A stretch of 64,000 bases of DNA from Zootoca vivipara (taxonomy: Eukaryota). The notes under the pieces are model-generated. The model made no database searches. It was not told the DNA's origin and saw only the letters and a program-made list of their open reading frames with translations. Below, one piece after another: positions 1 to 13,373 of the stretch (position 1 is the first letter of the stretch; every line of letters starts with the position of its first letter). The translations under genes were made by a program, and so were the position numbers. Location of the stretch: assembly GCF_963506605.1 (NCBI RefSeq), contig NC_083282.1, positions 21,080,001 to 21,144,000 of the forward strand. The letters are read 5' to 3'.

Positions 1-1456
1 GCACTATAGCAACAGTAAACAGTAAAAAAAAAAAAATACACCTCAATACCAAATTTTAAAATCACCTTTGCATTATATTACCCCATTCCCATTCACTTAT
101 CATTTGGAAAAGTACAAAGAGGGAAAGAAAGAAAATCTGGAGCAAATCTGAGTCAGAGAAAGCAGTTAGCAATGCAATCCAATGTATGTTTATTTGGAAA
201 TAAAATGCATTAAGTTCAGCAGGGCTTGCTCCCAATTATGTGTGCACAGGATTGCAGCATAAGAGTAAAAAAACCCTGTTCTTTCCACTTCCAGTTGTAT
301 ATGTAGATACACCTCAAATTAAAGAAAAACCTAACATACCAAACTCAAACCGCAGATTTGTTACTCTTTAACATACTTTTGGGCAGTTAATAAGCAGAGT
401 TGTTGATGAATAGTAAAAGAAAATTGCCCCCTCTAGTCTTCACACTGATTATTCTAAATTGGATTAGTAGAGACAATATTTTACTCTTTTACTTATATTC
501 CTGCTTAACAAGGAGTAAGATATGTATGTTCTCCAGCCAACTCTCTCAGAATCTGTAGGCCGTGCACCGAGCCAGTATTTCACAGTAATACACAGTGTAC
601 TATCTGCTTGTATGGTGTTGCTATAAAACACAGCAAAATATGTGAAATGATGGATACAGCATCTAAGAAACATGTTTACTTTTTGTATTCAGTTTGAGAC
701 ATCAATAAAAACAAATGTGGCTCTTGTTTCAATATCACCTTAATAAAGCAACAAAGTTACAATACAATCCCTACAGCCTTCCAATGGCCACTGAGGCACC
801 ATTCTACTGGAAGGATGGCACTTACACTATTGGAAACTCCTTGGAGCGCCAGGAAAAACTTTTCTGGGTTTGGATGCCCCACCGGCAATGTTCCACTGGT
901 GCAGAGGGTCAAAATGGGGCATTCTGGGAGCAGCTATGGATTCACAGGATGCTAAGCTTCCTTCCCTTGACATGCCTCCTACATAGGTCTGAAGCTACAA
1001 CAGCACTGAGACAGGTATAGTAATTTCCCCTCACTAAGGTCAATGGACATGAAAAACAATATTGGAGGAGCTTTGCTAAGAAAGAGGGCCAATAAATATT
1101 TTAATTAATGATTTATTTATTTTTTTAATGGAGGGTTTGTGCCTGAGGTGGAGCAAACCAACAGAGCTATGGATGTGGCGGTTCTTCTACATGGAAGCAT
1201 AGATGCACTGCTTCTGCTGAGAACAACCTGCACATATAGAACTCAATATCTTTGGCACCTATAAGGAACTTTCCACAACCTGCCCTCTACACATGCACAG
1301 ATATGGGGGACACCACTGTACTATCTATAATTGAATCCCAGACACAGTAATGCCCATCATCAAATGCAGTAATATTCACAATTGACACAGCATGGAATCA
1401 GAAGGAACACATACTGTTTTTAAATTAAAATTTTAATTCTAATGGTTTAAATCAAT

Positions 1457-1879
1457 GTTGTTGTTGTTGTTAACATCCATTTGTCTCAAGAGACAATGGA
1501 GTAGGCCTCCAGGAGTGAAGCCAAACAGCCGTGCTAGCAGCACCAAAGTGACCTTCCCTGGGGTGCAAGCCTGGGCTGTGTGTATGGAGGTCCTGGGCTG
1601 CTCAGATGACAAGACCCCAGCCCAACCCTTGGCCTTGCTAATGTGGTCCAAAGGAAAACAGAGCAGTATGTTTGGCACCAGCCTGGGTGCAGGAGTTGCT
1701 GAAAGGAGGCATACAAGATGCCATCCAACCATCTTAGGGACTCCACTCTGGATTTGTATAGGGTTTACTTCTTAGCCTTTTCTTCTTCCAAAGATATCTC
1801 ACAAAGTAGTGGAGGTTAAGGATCAGAGTTTTCCTTCCTAGATGGGCTACCTTCCCAGGTTGATGAGCCTCATCTGCCC
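1457..1879 (-). mobile_element. Short non-autonomous RTE-type retroelement with (CAA)n tail
   Basis: 7-bp TSD aatcaat (1450-1456, 1880-1886). Minus-strand start GGCTCATCAACCTGGGAAGGTAGCCCATCTAGGAAGGAAAACTCTG resembles an RTE 5'UTR motif. (CAA)n 3' tail. Confidence 0.6.
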
Positions 1880-2874
1880 AATCAATAAATAATACAACAT
1901 GTGTGTATAATATACAGCTTGTTGCTTCTATGTTTGAGTTGAAACCCTTTTTAATAATTTAGAGATAGTTAAAAGAGCATGTTAAGAGGCTTTCAGAGAA
2001 AGGCATTCAGCTGTTGAACTAGAGAGCACAAAGGGTGAGTAATGTTTCTCTCCAGACCTTTTATTACCAAGGAATGTCATCAATTTTTTGTTTCTGCCAA
2101 GTCATCATTTTTCAATCTTCATTTCTCAACCTTCCTGAACATTTGAAACATGATATTTCCATAGCGAGACAAGGAGTAAAATACTCAGTACTTTGAAATG
2201 CTTCTTTCCTCACTATGCTCCAATAGCCCTGGACTAGCCACATGACACATTACCAAGAACTCCAAAAAATGTTTACTACACACATGCAGACAATGCTGTA
2301 TTTGTATTTCCCCCCCCCCCCGTCATTTCCTTCACAATATCACTGAACTAGGTAGTTTTTGGGCAGACCTGCAGTACTCATCTGTAAAGGCAAATAAGTC
2401 ATTTGTAGCTCTAATAATAATTTCATCAGATTTTAATATTCTATCATGTCCAGTACTTGTGTAGTAACTGCTTCTGTGCTATAAAGTGTGTTGTTCACAT
2501 GACATAAGGCTATTTGTATGATTCTGAAAGAATGCATAATTCTTCTACTCTCAAAGTTATGGTTTCTAAACCTCATTGCTGAACAGATGTGATTGACAAG
2601 CCTGTTTCAGACTTTCTTCACACATGAAGACCTAAAGAAGTAGGGCTTGAGAATCACTTTCCTTGGCCTGTCATTACCACATTCTACATACATCAGTCTA
2701 TGACCTTTGTACTTTGAACCAAAGGTCTTAAAAGGAACAACTACAGTATGTACATAAAGCTAGAAATATGTAGGAGCTAAAAGCAGTTTCTACTCCTGCA
2801 CAGTTAGGGTTTCCCAAAACATGGATCACCAAATCACATACAGCTTTACGTGCCCAGATGTTGCTTTTCAGATC

Positions 2875-3032
2875 TTAGAATCATAGATTGTAGTGCTAGA
2901 AGGGACCCCAGGGGTCATCTAATTCAACCCCCTGCCATGCAAAAATTCTGCCCACAGCCATTCCTGGGTGGACTCGAACCGCCAACCTTCTGGTTAACAG
3001 CCAGACATACAGACCCACTGCATCACTGGAGG
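2875..3032 (-). mobile_element. tRNA-Asn-derived SINE with CR1-like 3' tail
   Basis: Minus strand GGCTGTTAACCAGAAGGTTGGCGGTTCGAGTCCACCCAGG resembles tRNA-Asn(GTT) with a B box. It is followed by a GATGACCC..GGGTCCCTTC stem and ATCTATGATTCT, typical of a CR1 tail. Confidence 0.75.
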
Positions 3033-4249
3033 ATATTTTCCCCTTTATGGGGTAAATTCAGGGGCTGGGCCAGTAGGGTGAGCAACACTACAGGTAAGGC
3101 CAGAAGGAATGGTCCCACTCACTCCTCTTCCATGTATTCACTGTACACTGGGACAGTCTGAATAGGACTAAAGAATATAGGCAATTCTACTGGAATCTCA
3201 AGAATCCATTGGCTTCGCAGTAACTGGGAGCAAGAATTCAATCACCTGCAGTTTATAATCTCTCCATTACCACCAAAGCCAGAAAAAATAAGTAAAAAGT
3301 AAAAACAGAAAAATAAGTTATGTATATAAGTAATACAATATTTGTTCAATCTGTACAGTCTACCTATTCTTCACATAGAAATTGGACTGCATAGAGGCAG
3401 AATTTATTTTTAGCTCAGGCTACATACAGCCCTGTTTATAGGACTGGGCTTCCAGAGAAAGCAGAGTTGGATGACTCTGTTCTACTTCCCAGGAAGAGGA
3501 TGCCACTATACCTTCTTTGTAGGAGGTCCAAAGATTTACTTGGCACTCTTTCCCAAATTGGAGGCAGGGTTTTGCCTCTATTATTTCATGGATCTTCAAA
3601 GGCACCCAGAAACACCTTTCTGAAATCTTTCTGCAGCCTGAGAAGAGTTTATGTATTCATGCTTTGGCCTTGCTGCCTTCTCAGTGTGTCTAAAATCATG
3701 GTGCTGGAAAAGTCCAGCTGCACTACATTATCCAGATCATAAGAGGTGGCCACCACTGATGACGGCATTTGTGCTTCTCCATAACAAAGCAGCTAAAGTG
3801 TTTTCATAATAATAAATATTTTATATGGCACTTTCCGTAAGTCAAAACATTCTCAAAGAATTCTTAAAGGTTTTTAAGGCAGAACTTTCCTCTAAAGCTA
3901 CTCTCATTTTTACTCAGCAAGGCTGCTTTTTCTATATACTATATAAAACAACTCATATGGGAGAGAAATTAGGCTTACAAGGTCTGTAACTCCCAAAATT
4001 CATTTTTTTTAAATATTGTTCTTTATAGTTCTGTTACCTCTGGTGACTGGCAACAGAATGCAGCATTTCCCCGGCACTACCACTGGGGCTTTATAAAAAT
4101 AAGAGATTCCAAATGGTGATTATATGCAAAGGATATACTTTGCACTTACAATCATTCACTCTTAATAATGAGCAGGTGTTCAGGTATAGAAGCTTAGAAG
4201 TTGCAAGACTGGAAATGGAGGCTCAAAACAGGTCTGCAAGTTGCCTAGG

Positions 4250-4404
4250 CAGTGCTTTTTTCTTCTTCTAAAAAAATGTTTAGGCGTACTCTCATTTTCC
4301 TACTCATATTGAAATACTGCCCCTCAATGAGGCCAAACTTAGATTCACAAAATGTTTAAGGGTATGTGTACCCCTGCGTACCCCCCCCCCAGAAAAAAGC
4401 ACTG
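4250..4404. mobile_element. hAT-like MITE
   Basis: TIRs CAGTGCTTTTTT...AAAAAAGCACTG. Flanking 8-mers match at only 5/8. Confidence 0.65.
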
Positions 4405-5346
4405 GGCACAGGAACTAATAATATGTGGGAAAGTGAGATTTAATTAACAAGAATAAAGAATAAATTAAAAGTGCCCGACGCTGCAATCCTAAAGTGGTGG
4501 GGAACTGAAGTCAGATGAACTACTATTTAGCCAAGGTCCTGTGGGTTTCTCGCTAGCAAGGGAGAAATGCTCTGGTATGTTTCCATGCATTTTGCAGTCC
4601 CCCCCCCTTTTAAACATTATTTTCCTCCCATTTGGAACAATGTTTCCCATTGGGATTTTTTTTTAAAGCTCAATTTGAGCAATTTAGATCAAAGCAATTT
4701 CCCAGACCTCCCCAGCATGCACCAAATATTCTCATTTTTTGGCCTAACTAAAGTTGGACCTCCTATGTCAGTTGGGCCAGGGTCTCATAAGTTTGCAGTG
4801 TCAGGGAGGGGGATAAAATATATCCTATGGCACAAGGGGCATAGAACTACAGCTGAAATGTAATTAAAGTCACCACCTATTAATTTTATACATATAAAGA
4901 CAAGCCTTTTGTTTTTCTAAACTCCTGCCAGCTCTTAAATTAGTTAATAGGAAAATAGGTATGTGATAAGGGTAATAACTGTAATTATAATTACATTTTT
5001 ATATATTAATATTTAATTTTATTTTAAGGGGTGTTTTATTAACCATTCACTTTTTATCAAGTTTTCAAGAAATATGGGTACAGACTGCATAGATTCAGGA
5101 ACAGCTATGAGGTATTGTACAGAATCACTATACTAAGACAATAAAACAAAAAAAATTAACTGTATCCTGCTGCATATCCAGAGGAAACTCAAACTGACTC
5201 AGGAAGAGGATGTACACTAGCAGTTATTACAATGTCCAGTGTTCATTAGGAATAAGGTTAAGACCACAAATGTTTTGGAAATACAAATACCAAAATGATT
5301 TATTTTTTTTGTCTCTGAAGGTTTCACAAGTCCATGTTGTCTAGAA

Positions 5347-5720
5347 CAGCGTTTCTCAACCGCTGTTCCGCGGCACACTAGTGTGCCGCGAGACGCTGGC
5401 TGGTGTGCCGCGACGTGCCGCGACGAGAAGGGCGATTTACATTGTCACGTGCCTGGCGGCCGCCAATACACAATGCTGACCCGCCGGAAAGCAATATTTC
5501 TCCTCCTCTTTCCCAAAGCTCAGTGCTAACGAGCCTGGCGGCCGCCAATACACAACACTGACCCACCGGAAAGCAATATTTGGCAAGTGTTTCTTACAGT
5601 CATAATTATAATATAGGGCGGCACAGAGTTAAATTTTTTAACTTTTTTAATGGTGGTGTGCTTCGTGATTTTTTTCACGGAACAAGTGTGCCGTGGCCCA
5701 AAAAAGGTTGAGAAACACTG
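5347..5720 (-). mobile_element. hAT (Charlie-like) non-autonomous element, family A copy 1
   Basis: TIRs CAGCGTTTCTCAACC / GGTTGAGAAACACTG. Perfect 8-bp TSD gtctagaa. 22-bp palindrome cgcggcacactagtgtgccgcg. Internal duplication of about 50 bp. Confidence 0.9.
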
Positions 5721-6501
5721 GTCTAGAAACATAGATAAGGGAATACCATGTATTTACACATGAATGTTTGTATCTTACTCCCTGATCCACTCTGTTTTGA
5801 CTTCATAAGTTTTTCAGCCAGCAGTACATCCCAGACCTTGGTTAGGAAAGGGTGTTTGGTTCAGACAAAATGCCAAACCAGTTAAAATAAGCCGCAGTTT
5901 GTAAGCCAACAATTAGATTGGCATGGTGCAAGCTTACTGGTGGAGCCAATCTGGTGCTCCTGCACCACACTGACCTCCTCATCCCTCTTTCCCCATTCAT
6001 AAGCAGCAAGCAACCCCCCTGCCAGGAAGTTACAGTAGATTAAAGGCTTCACACTCACAGGTGAGGTGCTTCTGCACCAGACTATTATTATTTGATTTGA
6101 TTGTTTTTAATTGTTTTATGCTAGTTAACAGCCATGGGACCAACCAAATAGAAGGACAAACAGAAATTTTCAGCTAAATAAATAAAATAGGCAGGCATTA
6201 TTACTCAGGCTTCTAGTAATTCATTACCTAGTACATAATGTAAAATTAATCTCTGCTTTGGCAATGAATTGATCATAATGCTTTCCCTTTTCTGCTCTTA
6301 GCCTTATAGGAGCCACATTAATTCTGATTAGTGCCACAGACTCTTTAAAAAGCTACTGAATCCTATATTTTCAAAGACGGAGAGGGATCATTTCTTTTTG
6401 TAGAAATACATTGTGGTGCAATGTTAAGATCTTGCACACTGAGCATAAACTAACCTAACTAGTCTGCAAAGAGCATCAGTTAGAAACACAATTAAGCAGT
6501 A

Positions 6502-6719
6502 CAGTGGTACCTCAGTTTAAGAACAGCCCTGTTTACGCACTCCGCAAAACTGGAAGTAGGTTTGCAAACTTTACCTCGGTCTAAGAACGGAATGCGAACA
6601 GTGGAAGGGCAGCGGCAGCAGAAGGCCTCATTAGGGAAAGCGTGCCTCGGTTTAAGAACGGTTTCAGTTTAAGAACAGACTTCCGGAATGGATTAAGTTC
6701 ATAAACTGAGGTACCACTG
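6502..6719. mobile_element. TcMar (Tigger/pogo-like) MITE
   Basis: TIRs CAGTGGTACCTCAGTTTA / TAAACTGAGGTACCACTG, flanked by TA on both sides. Confidence 0.88.
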
Positions 6720-6899
6720 TATATACCAGTAAATGTCTTAAAGGAAGTAACGGTAAAGTACTATTTGAAAATTAACATGTAGCAAGTAGGACATATACCA
6801 TGCACTGTGCCAGCAACACAGGAATATAGGAAGCTTCCTTATACCAAGTCAGACATTGGGCTGTATCCAAATATGTACTACGTGAACATTCTGGCAGTA

Positions 6900-7134
6900 C
6901 AGTGGAACCTTGGTTCTCGAACTTAATCCATTCCGGGAGTCCACTCAACTCCCGAAACTTTTTGAAAACCAAGGTACGGCTTCAGATTGGCTGCAGGAGC
7001 TTCCTGCACTCAATCGGAAGCTGCAGAAGCAGCGTTGGACGTTCCTCTTCCAAAAAACATTCACAAATTGGAACACTCACTTCTGGGTTTGCAGCGTTCG
7101 GGAGCCAAGCTGTTCAGGAACCAAGGTACCACTG
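6900..7134. mobile_element. TcMar (Tigger/pogo-like) MITE nested in an older SINE
   Basis: TIRs CAGTGGAACCTTGGTTC / GAACCAAGGTACCACTG with TA TSD. Interrupts a degraded tRNA-SINE at about 6815-7420. Confidence 0.85.
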
Positions 7135-7420
7135 TACAAGGATTTCTGCTTGTGTAACAAAATGTACCCCCCCCCCATGTTCAAAGGATTCCCCTAACTT
7201 CTGGGGCAGATTGGTGGTGGTGGTGCAGGGTACACACAGGCAGCGGTAGAGAGAAGACCTTTTCTGCTCTTGAGACACAGTAGTTGAACACCACTCAATA
7301 TTTTCTACATCTACTGTCAGTGGCTGTTTAGGGTTTCTTTCAGAGGATGTTCCTAGCTCTACCTAGAGATGCTGCGGATTGAACCTGGGATATTCTGCCT
7401 GTAAATCAGATGCTGTACAG

Positions 7421-7626
7421 CAGTGTTTTTCAACCTTTTTTGGGCAAAGGCACACTTGTTTCATTAAAAAAATCACGAGGCACACCACCATTAGAAAATG
7501 TTAAAAAATTTAACTCTGTGCCTATATTGACTATATATAAAGTAATTTTTCATTTTTTCCCACAGCACACCAGGCAACATCTCGCGGCACACTAGTGTGC
7601 CGCGGAACAGTGGTTGAAAAACACTG
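7421..7626 (+). mobile_element. hAT non-autonomous element, family A copy 2 (minimal form)
   Basis: TIRs CAGTGTTTTTCAACC / GGTTGAAAAACACTG. TSD ctgtacag/ctctacag. Same 22-bp palindrome as copy 1. Confidence 0.9.
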
Positions 7627-7634
7627 CTCTACAG

Positions 7635-7797
7635 CAGGCCAACTCCCGAGAGATTGCGATCTACTTTCAAAATTAGAATCTGGCAGTGATCTACCCCCAT
7701 TTTTTGGGGGGGGGGGTTCAGCTCTAAGCTGTTTAGCTTTTTGGGGGGGAGGGGAAATGCCACCAGTAGATCGCAGCTGACGTATTGGACATTCCTG
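7635..7797. mobile_element. Second hAT MITE (different family) abutting the previous one
   Basis: Ends CAGG..CCAAC / TTGGACATTCCTG, GATCTAC subterminal motifs, TSD ctctacag/ctccacag. Confidence 0.7.
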
Positions 7798-7929
7798 CTC
7801 CACAGTACCATTAATACATAGCCCTTGCTCAACTTCCTTTTTAAACATAAAGTGTTCTTTGAAACTCAAAAGCTATTTTGCGATATCTTTTTGGCCCTTG
7901 ACATCACCAGTTGATAACCCATCCTTTAC

Positions 7930-8115
7930 TTCAGCTCAAGGTGGTGAACATGGTTCTCCCCCTCTTCATTTAATCTCCACAACAACTCTGAGATACCGTA
8001 GGTTAGGCTGAGAGGCAGTGACAGGCAAAAAGTCATCCAGTGAGCTCCATAGCCATGTGGGGATTTGAACCCTGGTCTCCCAGGTCCTAATCCAACACTA
8101 GCTGCTATGCCACTC
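7930..8115 (-). mobile_element. MIR/CORE-like tRNA SINE
   Basis: acaacaactctgag...aggttaggctgagag...gatttgaaccctggtctcc (B box on minus strand). Related fragments near 29600-29715 and 59960-60100. Confidence 0.7.
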
Positions 8116-9529
8116 CAATCTGTTAAATTTTTCAGGTAAATAAGTGTAAATTACTGATTTTGTCATTTACCTTTCAATTTCTTAGCCACCATACTACATT
8201 ACTTAAAACTATTCCCCAGTAAGGTAAACAGGGACCTTCTCAGAAATTTGTTGGAACATAGTGCTGTAATTAAACCCTGTTTCTGCTAGGCCAAAAGCCA
8301 AAAAAATGGAGAAACGGGTCAGATTAACTACTGTGTTGTGCACACAGTTGCAATTAAGTGTCTGGCAGTAGGTAATTAGTGTATTAACAGGTATCATAAA
8401 TTACCTGATTTGTTTCAGATCTCATTACTCATTAATTGCTGTATTCTACATTCTAGCTGCTTATTCCTAAGAAGTTGGTCTGCCCTTATATAAATAATAA
8501 ATGCTAAGAAGTGACTATACTCCATGTTTTTCTTTCCCATACTTTATAGTCCCTGTTTAAATGCCTGTACACTAAACCCAAATATCTATACCATCTGAAT
8601 TAGTAATATATCCCAGAGCACATCATGAAGAGCAGGGAGAATCTGCACCATATCCTGGTCAAGTCTTTGTCTCTGTGCCAAGTTTTGCTCCAGGAAAAAT
8701 GAAAGTCTTGTGAGAAAGGTAGCAAGTATCCTGCAATATCTATATAGACCTCTATATCTATGTGCAATTACCCTCGCATACATCAAACAACAGAACACAT
8801 AAATTGTTTAACAGAAGTCATGAGGCTGATACCCAAGAGGGGAAAATATTCATGCAATGTTGTGTTCCTGCTCTTTCCATAAATTTATTCAGAAGTAACA
8901 TTGTACTGTGCTTTGATGTTATTGTCAATTGTTTCTGTTTTTTGCTGCTGTGACATATATGTATTGCACATAGACAAAGAGCAGTTCAAAAACAATGATG
9001 GACAAAACCAAGTACCACAAATTGATAGTAGCACAATCAAAGTTCCACTTGAGCAAGCTTTGTATATTCTCTTTAATGACAACAAATGTTTCAGTAATAT
9101 TCTGGTGAAGTAACACATAAACAATAAAATTTTGTAGCAAACATGAAAAATCCCAGCAGTAACTCCATACTTGCAATTTACTGATGTTTTTAATGTGCAG
9201 TGTAATTTTGGCTACATTCTTGAAACCACCCACTAAAGAGAAATCTCAGTGTCTATTATAGAGCTATTCCACATTTTCAGCAATACAGCCTTTTTCTTTT
9301 GAAAAGTAATGATATTTTATAGCAAAGACAACTGGTGATGTTCATTACACTTAATCAGAAATCTCCTACACATTCTGAAACCCTGAACAAGTTAAATAAA
9401 AACTGGGGCTGATACTTCTCCAATTTAACATTCCTCTGATTGACCTCTTAATTCCCCCTGTCTGAATAATGAGAGAAGGAAAACTTTTACAAGTTGCCTT
9501 AAGACTTGGTGATACCACTGACCCTCAAA

Positions 9530-10200
9530 GGGACCTCATTATTAATTCATCATTTAATGCATATATTTGACCTTTAGAAGTGGTCATTGGGGGATTTGGT
9601 GCAAGGTGTCACTAGTACTCTGATCACACCCAGCTCTATTTCTCCTTTCCACTGGAATCAGTTGGAGCTGTGCAAGTGCTTAATCTGTGTTTGGAGGCAG
9701 TACTGTAATGGGTTGGATTACCCTAAATGGCAGTGCTATAAATTAGTGTTTCCTGGGTCTGGGAATGAACAGTGTCTTCTGGATGGGGTTGGACTCTCCT
9801 TGAAGGAGCAGGTACAGTCACAGGGAAGCGGGCGGGGATAGCTTGACTAATGTACTCTACATGGGATTGCCCTTGCAGGTGCATTGTACACCACAGCTAG
9901 GAAATAATACAGCAATGAGGGTGTTGGCTAGTCACAGTGTACCTGTGAGATACTATGTAACACCAATCCTTGAAGAACTTCACTGGGGCCTGTTTGCTAC
10001 CGAGTGCAATTAAAGGTGATAGTTTTGATTTACAAAGCCCTAAATACAGTAGCTTAGGAGCCAGCTATCTGAAGGAGCACCTCCCACTGTCCTGTCCTGT
10101 CCATACCATCATCAAACAAGGACCAAGCTTCTGAAGCATATAATAAAGCCCTCTTGGTAGTGGAACAATCTTCCTCCTGAGGTTAGACTGACACTAGCAT
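9530..10200 (+). mobile_element. Old degraded L2 LINE ORF2 fragment
   Basis: Remnants of L2 RT C-terminal coding (LDGV.L.LKEQV; TPIL.ELHW; LK..VL.YKALN) similar to 58872-59653. Confidence 0.65.
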
Positions 10201-10307
10201 AAACTACTGTAGCTTTTGGTGCTAGTTGAAAACATTTCATTTTCACTATGCCTTTCACTGTATCTGCCTATAGCTAGGGTGAGGTATACTTTTTGTTCTC
10301 AAAGCTA

Positions 10308-10422
10308 TGAACATGAGTTTGACCAAGCTGCGGGAGGCAGTGGAAGACAACAGTTCCTGGCGTGTTCTGGTCCATGGGGTCATGAAGAGTCGGACACAAC
10401 TAAACGACTAAACAACAACAAA
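10308..10422 (+). mobile_element. BovB (RTE) 3' end
   Basis: gagtttgaccaagctgcgggaggcagtggaagac...gtccatggggtcatgaagagtcggacacaactaaacgactaaacaacaac is the BovB 3' terminus. Confidence 0.85.
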
Positions 10423-12211
10423 AACTGCTGCTGTTGGTTTAATTATGTTGTGGTCCATAATGAAGGGCAGGATAAACATTTTACAAATAAAAAAACAGGA
10501 GAGCCTGTTGGACAGAGCATGATGCACAGGCATGAGACAAAGATAGGAATGTTTCGTTAATATGTTTGTGTCATAAAAGAGACAAAATAGGCTGCTAGGA
10601 AAAAGGTAGGATATCCTTTATTTCTTAATCATTGTAACAACACCACATAACTACTATTTCTATCACTAATAGCAATGTTTATTTCAGTTCTTGTTGATAA
10701 GCAAAACTATGACTTTGTAAGCAGCATTTTATCTAAGAAATGGCCTTTCATCTCATTTTTTTGTGCATTTTGATGTCTGGTATCTTTACTCACTTCATGT
10801 TAGTAAGGAATTACGTGGTTTTTTGAGGGATTTTTATTCACTATTAATTGTGAAATTGTTCTGCAATCTTTTATAAGGAAAATGATGGATAATTACATAT
10901 TTATGTGTTGTATGAGTAATGTATTTGCATTTTTGTTTGTTTTCATAAGAACACTTTCTGTTGTGAACTGCTTTTGACATTTGGCATTTGGTCCCATTTA
11001 TAACAAATGAAGCAGAAAACTTTAGTTATCAGCAGACAGATCTCTGAAAGTATCTACATAACCATTTGAGCTGATTCTCTATTACTCATCGTTGACTTCC
11101 AGGGTACTTAAGCATGTGTGTCCAGCTGGAATTTTGCACTCTCTTGGGATAGAAAGTAATTGAATAAAACAGAGATAGGAACTTTGGCAGACAGTTAGCA
11201 AATGTTTAACTGCTTTTACCTGTCATCCCTATCATCAGCAGGCACCTTCTCTGAATAGTTTTAAACATCAGCTGAAAATTTTTCTATTCCGCCAGGCCTA
11301 AGCAGGCAATGAAGAGTACATCGCCGACAATGGTCTATTGATGTTTGTTTCAATTTCTTTTATTTTTAACTTCTTTAATTCTTTTTATCATTTTATTGTT
11401 TGGTTTATCAGATATTTTGTATTTCTGCAAACTTTGGGTCTTAGCTGAGCCTGTGGATGGCTACTTCTTATGTATGGGTGATGTAATTTTAGCTACAGAT
11501 GACCTGACACAGAGCTTGAAGATCAGAAATAGAGGAAACTATTATGATAAATGCAGATGACCGAACAGATCTTAGAAGACTAGGCAGAGTGGAAAAAACC
11601 AAATAAAATATCAGGACTATGGTATCTCAATTAACCAATAACAGCATTGTATAAATAACACAGAGAATTTAAGAGACTGCAACCCAGATGTTTATTGTCC
11701 AAGAAGGTTCCTGATTAGTGATGGGTCATTATTCTTTGGGCCACATCAAAAGACTTTTGACTAGGTTGTAACTCTAACAGTGTGTAAGAGAGAAAACTAG
11801 CCAGTGCCTAAAGCTTGTCAGATACAATGCGCTGGGCATTGCCCAAAGGAGATTCTCATTTTGTTTTTGTTTTAGCACATACCTTTATGCTGAATTGCTT
11901 TTATAATATTCCCTTAATTTTAAGAGCAGTTTGCCATGTGGTAGTGTAGTTTTGTAAATTGAATACCTCCAACTTTTGCTGGGCTTAGAGAGCATATATT
12001 ATGGTTCTCCAAATTGTAGCCATAATATAGGGGGAGAAGTTATCCCAGATAGTACCATAAACAACCTACTGAGTACTGGTATGGCCCATGCCAGTCAGAC
12101 ACCTAGTAATCCTAACTTGTGCTCCCAGTTTATTTAACAAAACATTTGTAGTAGCTTAGCAGCCTATGCAGAGCTAGGGGTGCCTAATCTCATTGAAATT
12201 AATGGCTTTAG

Positions 12212-12347
12212 CATATCCTCCAACATTTCTCCAATGAAAATAAGGACATCCTAAGGAAAAGCGGGACATTCTGGGATCAAATCAGAAACCGGGACATCTT
12301 CTCTAGATCAGGGACATCCCTGGAAAATAGGATACTTGGAGGGTCTG
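12212..12347. mobile_element. hAT-like (Tip100-type) MITE
   Basis: Imperfect TIRs CATATCCTCCAA / TTGGAGGGTCTG and repeated GGGACA subterminal motifs. Confidence 0.6.
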
Positions 12348-13325
12348 CTTTATGCAAGCCTAAATCAACACAGGATTGTATTGTTAACAGGGGTCTTTCA
12401 AAATAATTTTTGGCTTTGAGTTCTGCACACTGCCCTATTACTTTAACATGTAAATTGTTGCTTTGCCATAAATTACCAATGCCTGTTGAGCTTTTCTTTT
12501 GTGTCAGCTAGTTCAGATGAGTAAATCCTATATATGCTGTGCCCCTACTCAATCTGTGTGAATGCTCTAAGCCTAAGGCCAGGTATCTTCAACCTTTTCA
12601 GACCCGGGGCCCACGTTTAACCCAAATATGCATTTGGGGAAGCATTTCTGAATCTTTTACCATATATTTGTATGATGGTAGTGCTCCTGTTACGACAAAC
12701 CTTGGATCAGGCTGTGACTCACTAGTGGGTCCCAACCCACCAGTTTAAGACAAGTGCTAGGAAAATTACTATTCTGATATAGGCTTGCTCAACAATCATT
12801 GAAGGAGGACTTGGATTGATTATATCTGAACTTCATTCTCTACTAAGGAGAATTGGAAGGGAAAACCTTCCTTACTCCCACTTATCTTCACTGTATTTTC
12901 CTGTTTTCTCAAGAATTTTTAAAACCCTACTATGTAGGAAATCCTTTTGTCTATTTTTAAATAGCATGTGTCGGTATCATTGATTATGTCACCCAGAGAG
13001 GCAGCAACAAAGAATATTCTAATCTTGCACTGTTTCAAGGGATGGGGAAGGACGACTTATTTGTACTTTTCTCACCTTCTTCTCACCCCCAGATTAGCAT
13101 CATCATATGAACTACAAAGGTTTATTGCCCTTATTTCTCAGGAACAGGATTATTACCAGATTCTAAGGCAAGTTTTGGAGCTAGGTGGTGGGAAATTTAG
13201 GCATATTTAAATAATAAAGCATAACCAAATGTGACAACCCATAGGGAAGAAACAGTGTGGTGTTGTTTTTATTTTGTGGTTTTATATTCTGATTTTATCC
13301 TGAGACCTGCAGGAATAGGGCTGTA

Positions 13326-13372
<47 letters not shown>
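13326..13372. repeat. (ATT)n microsatellite
   Basis: Direct observation. Confidence 0.95.
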
Positions 13373-13373
<1 letters not shown>

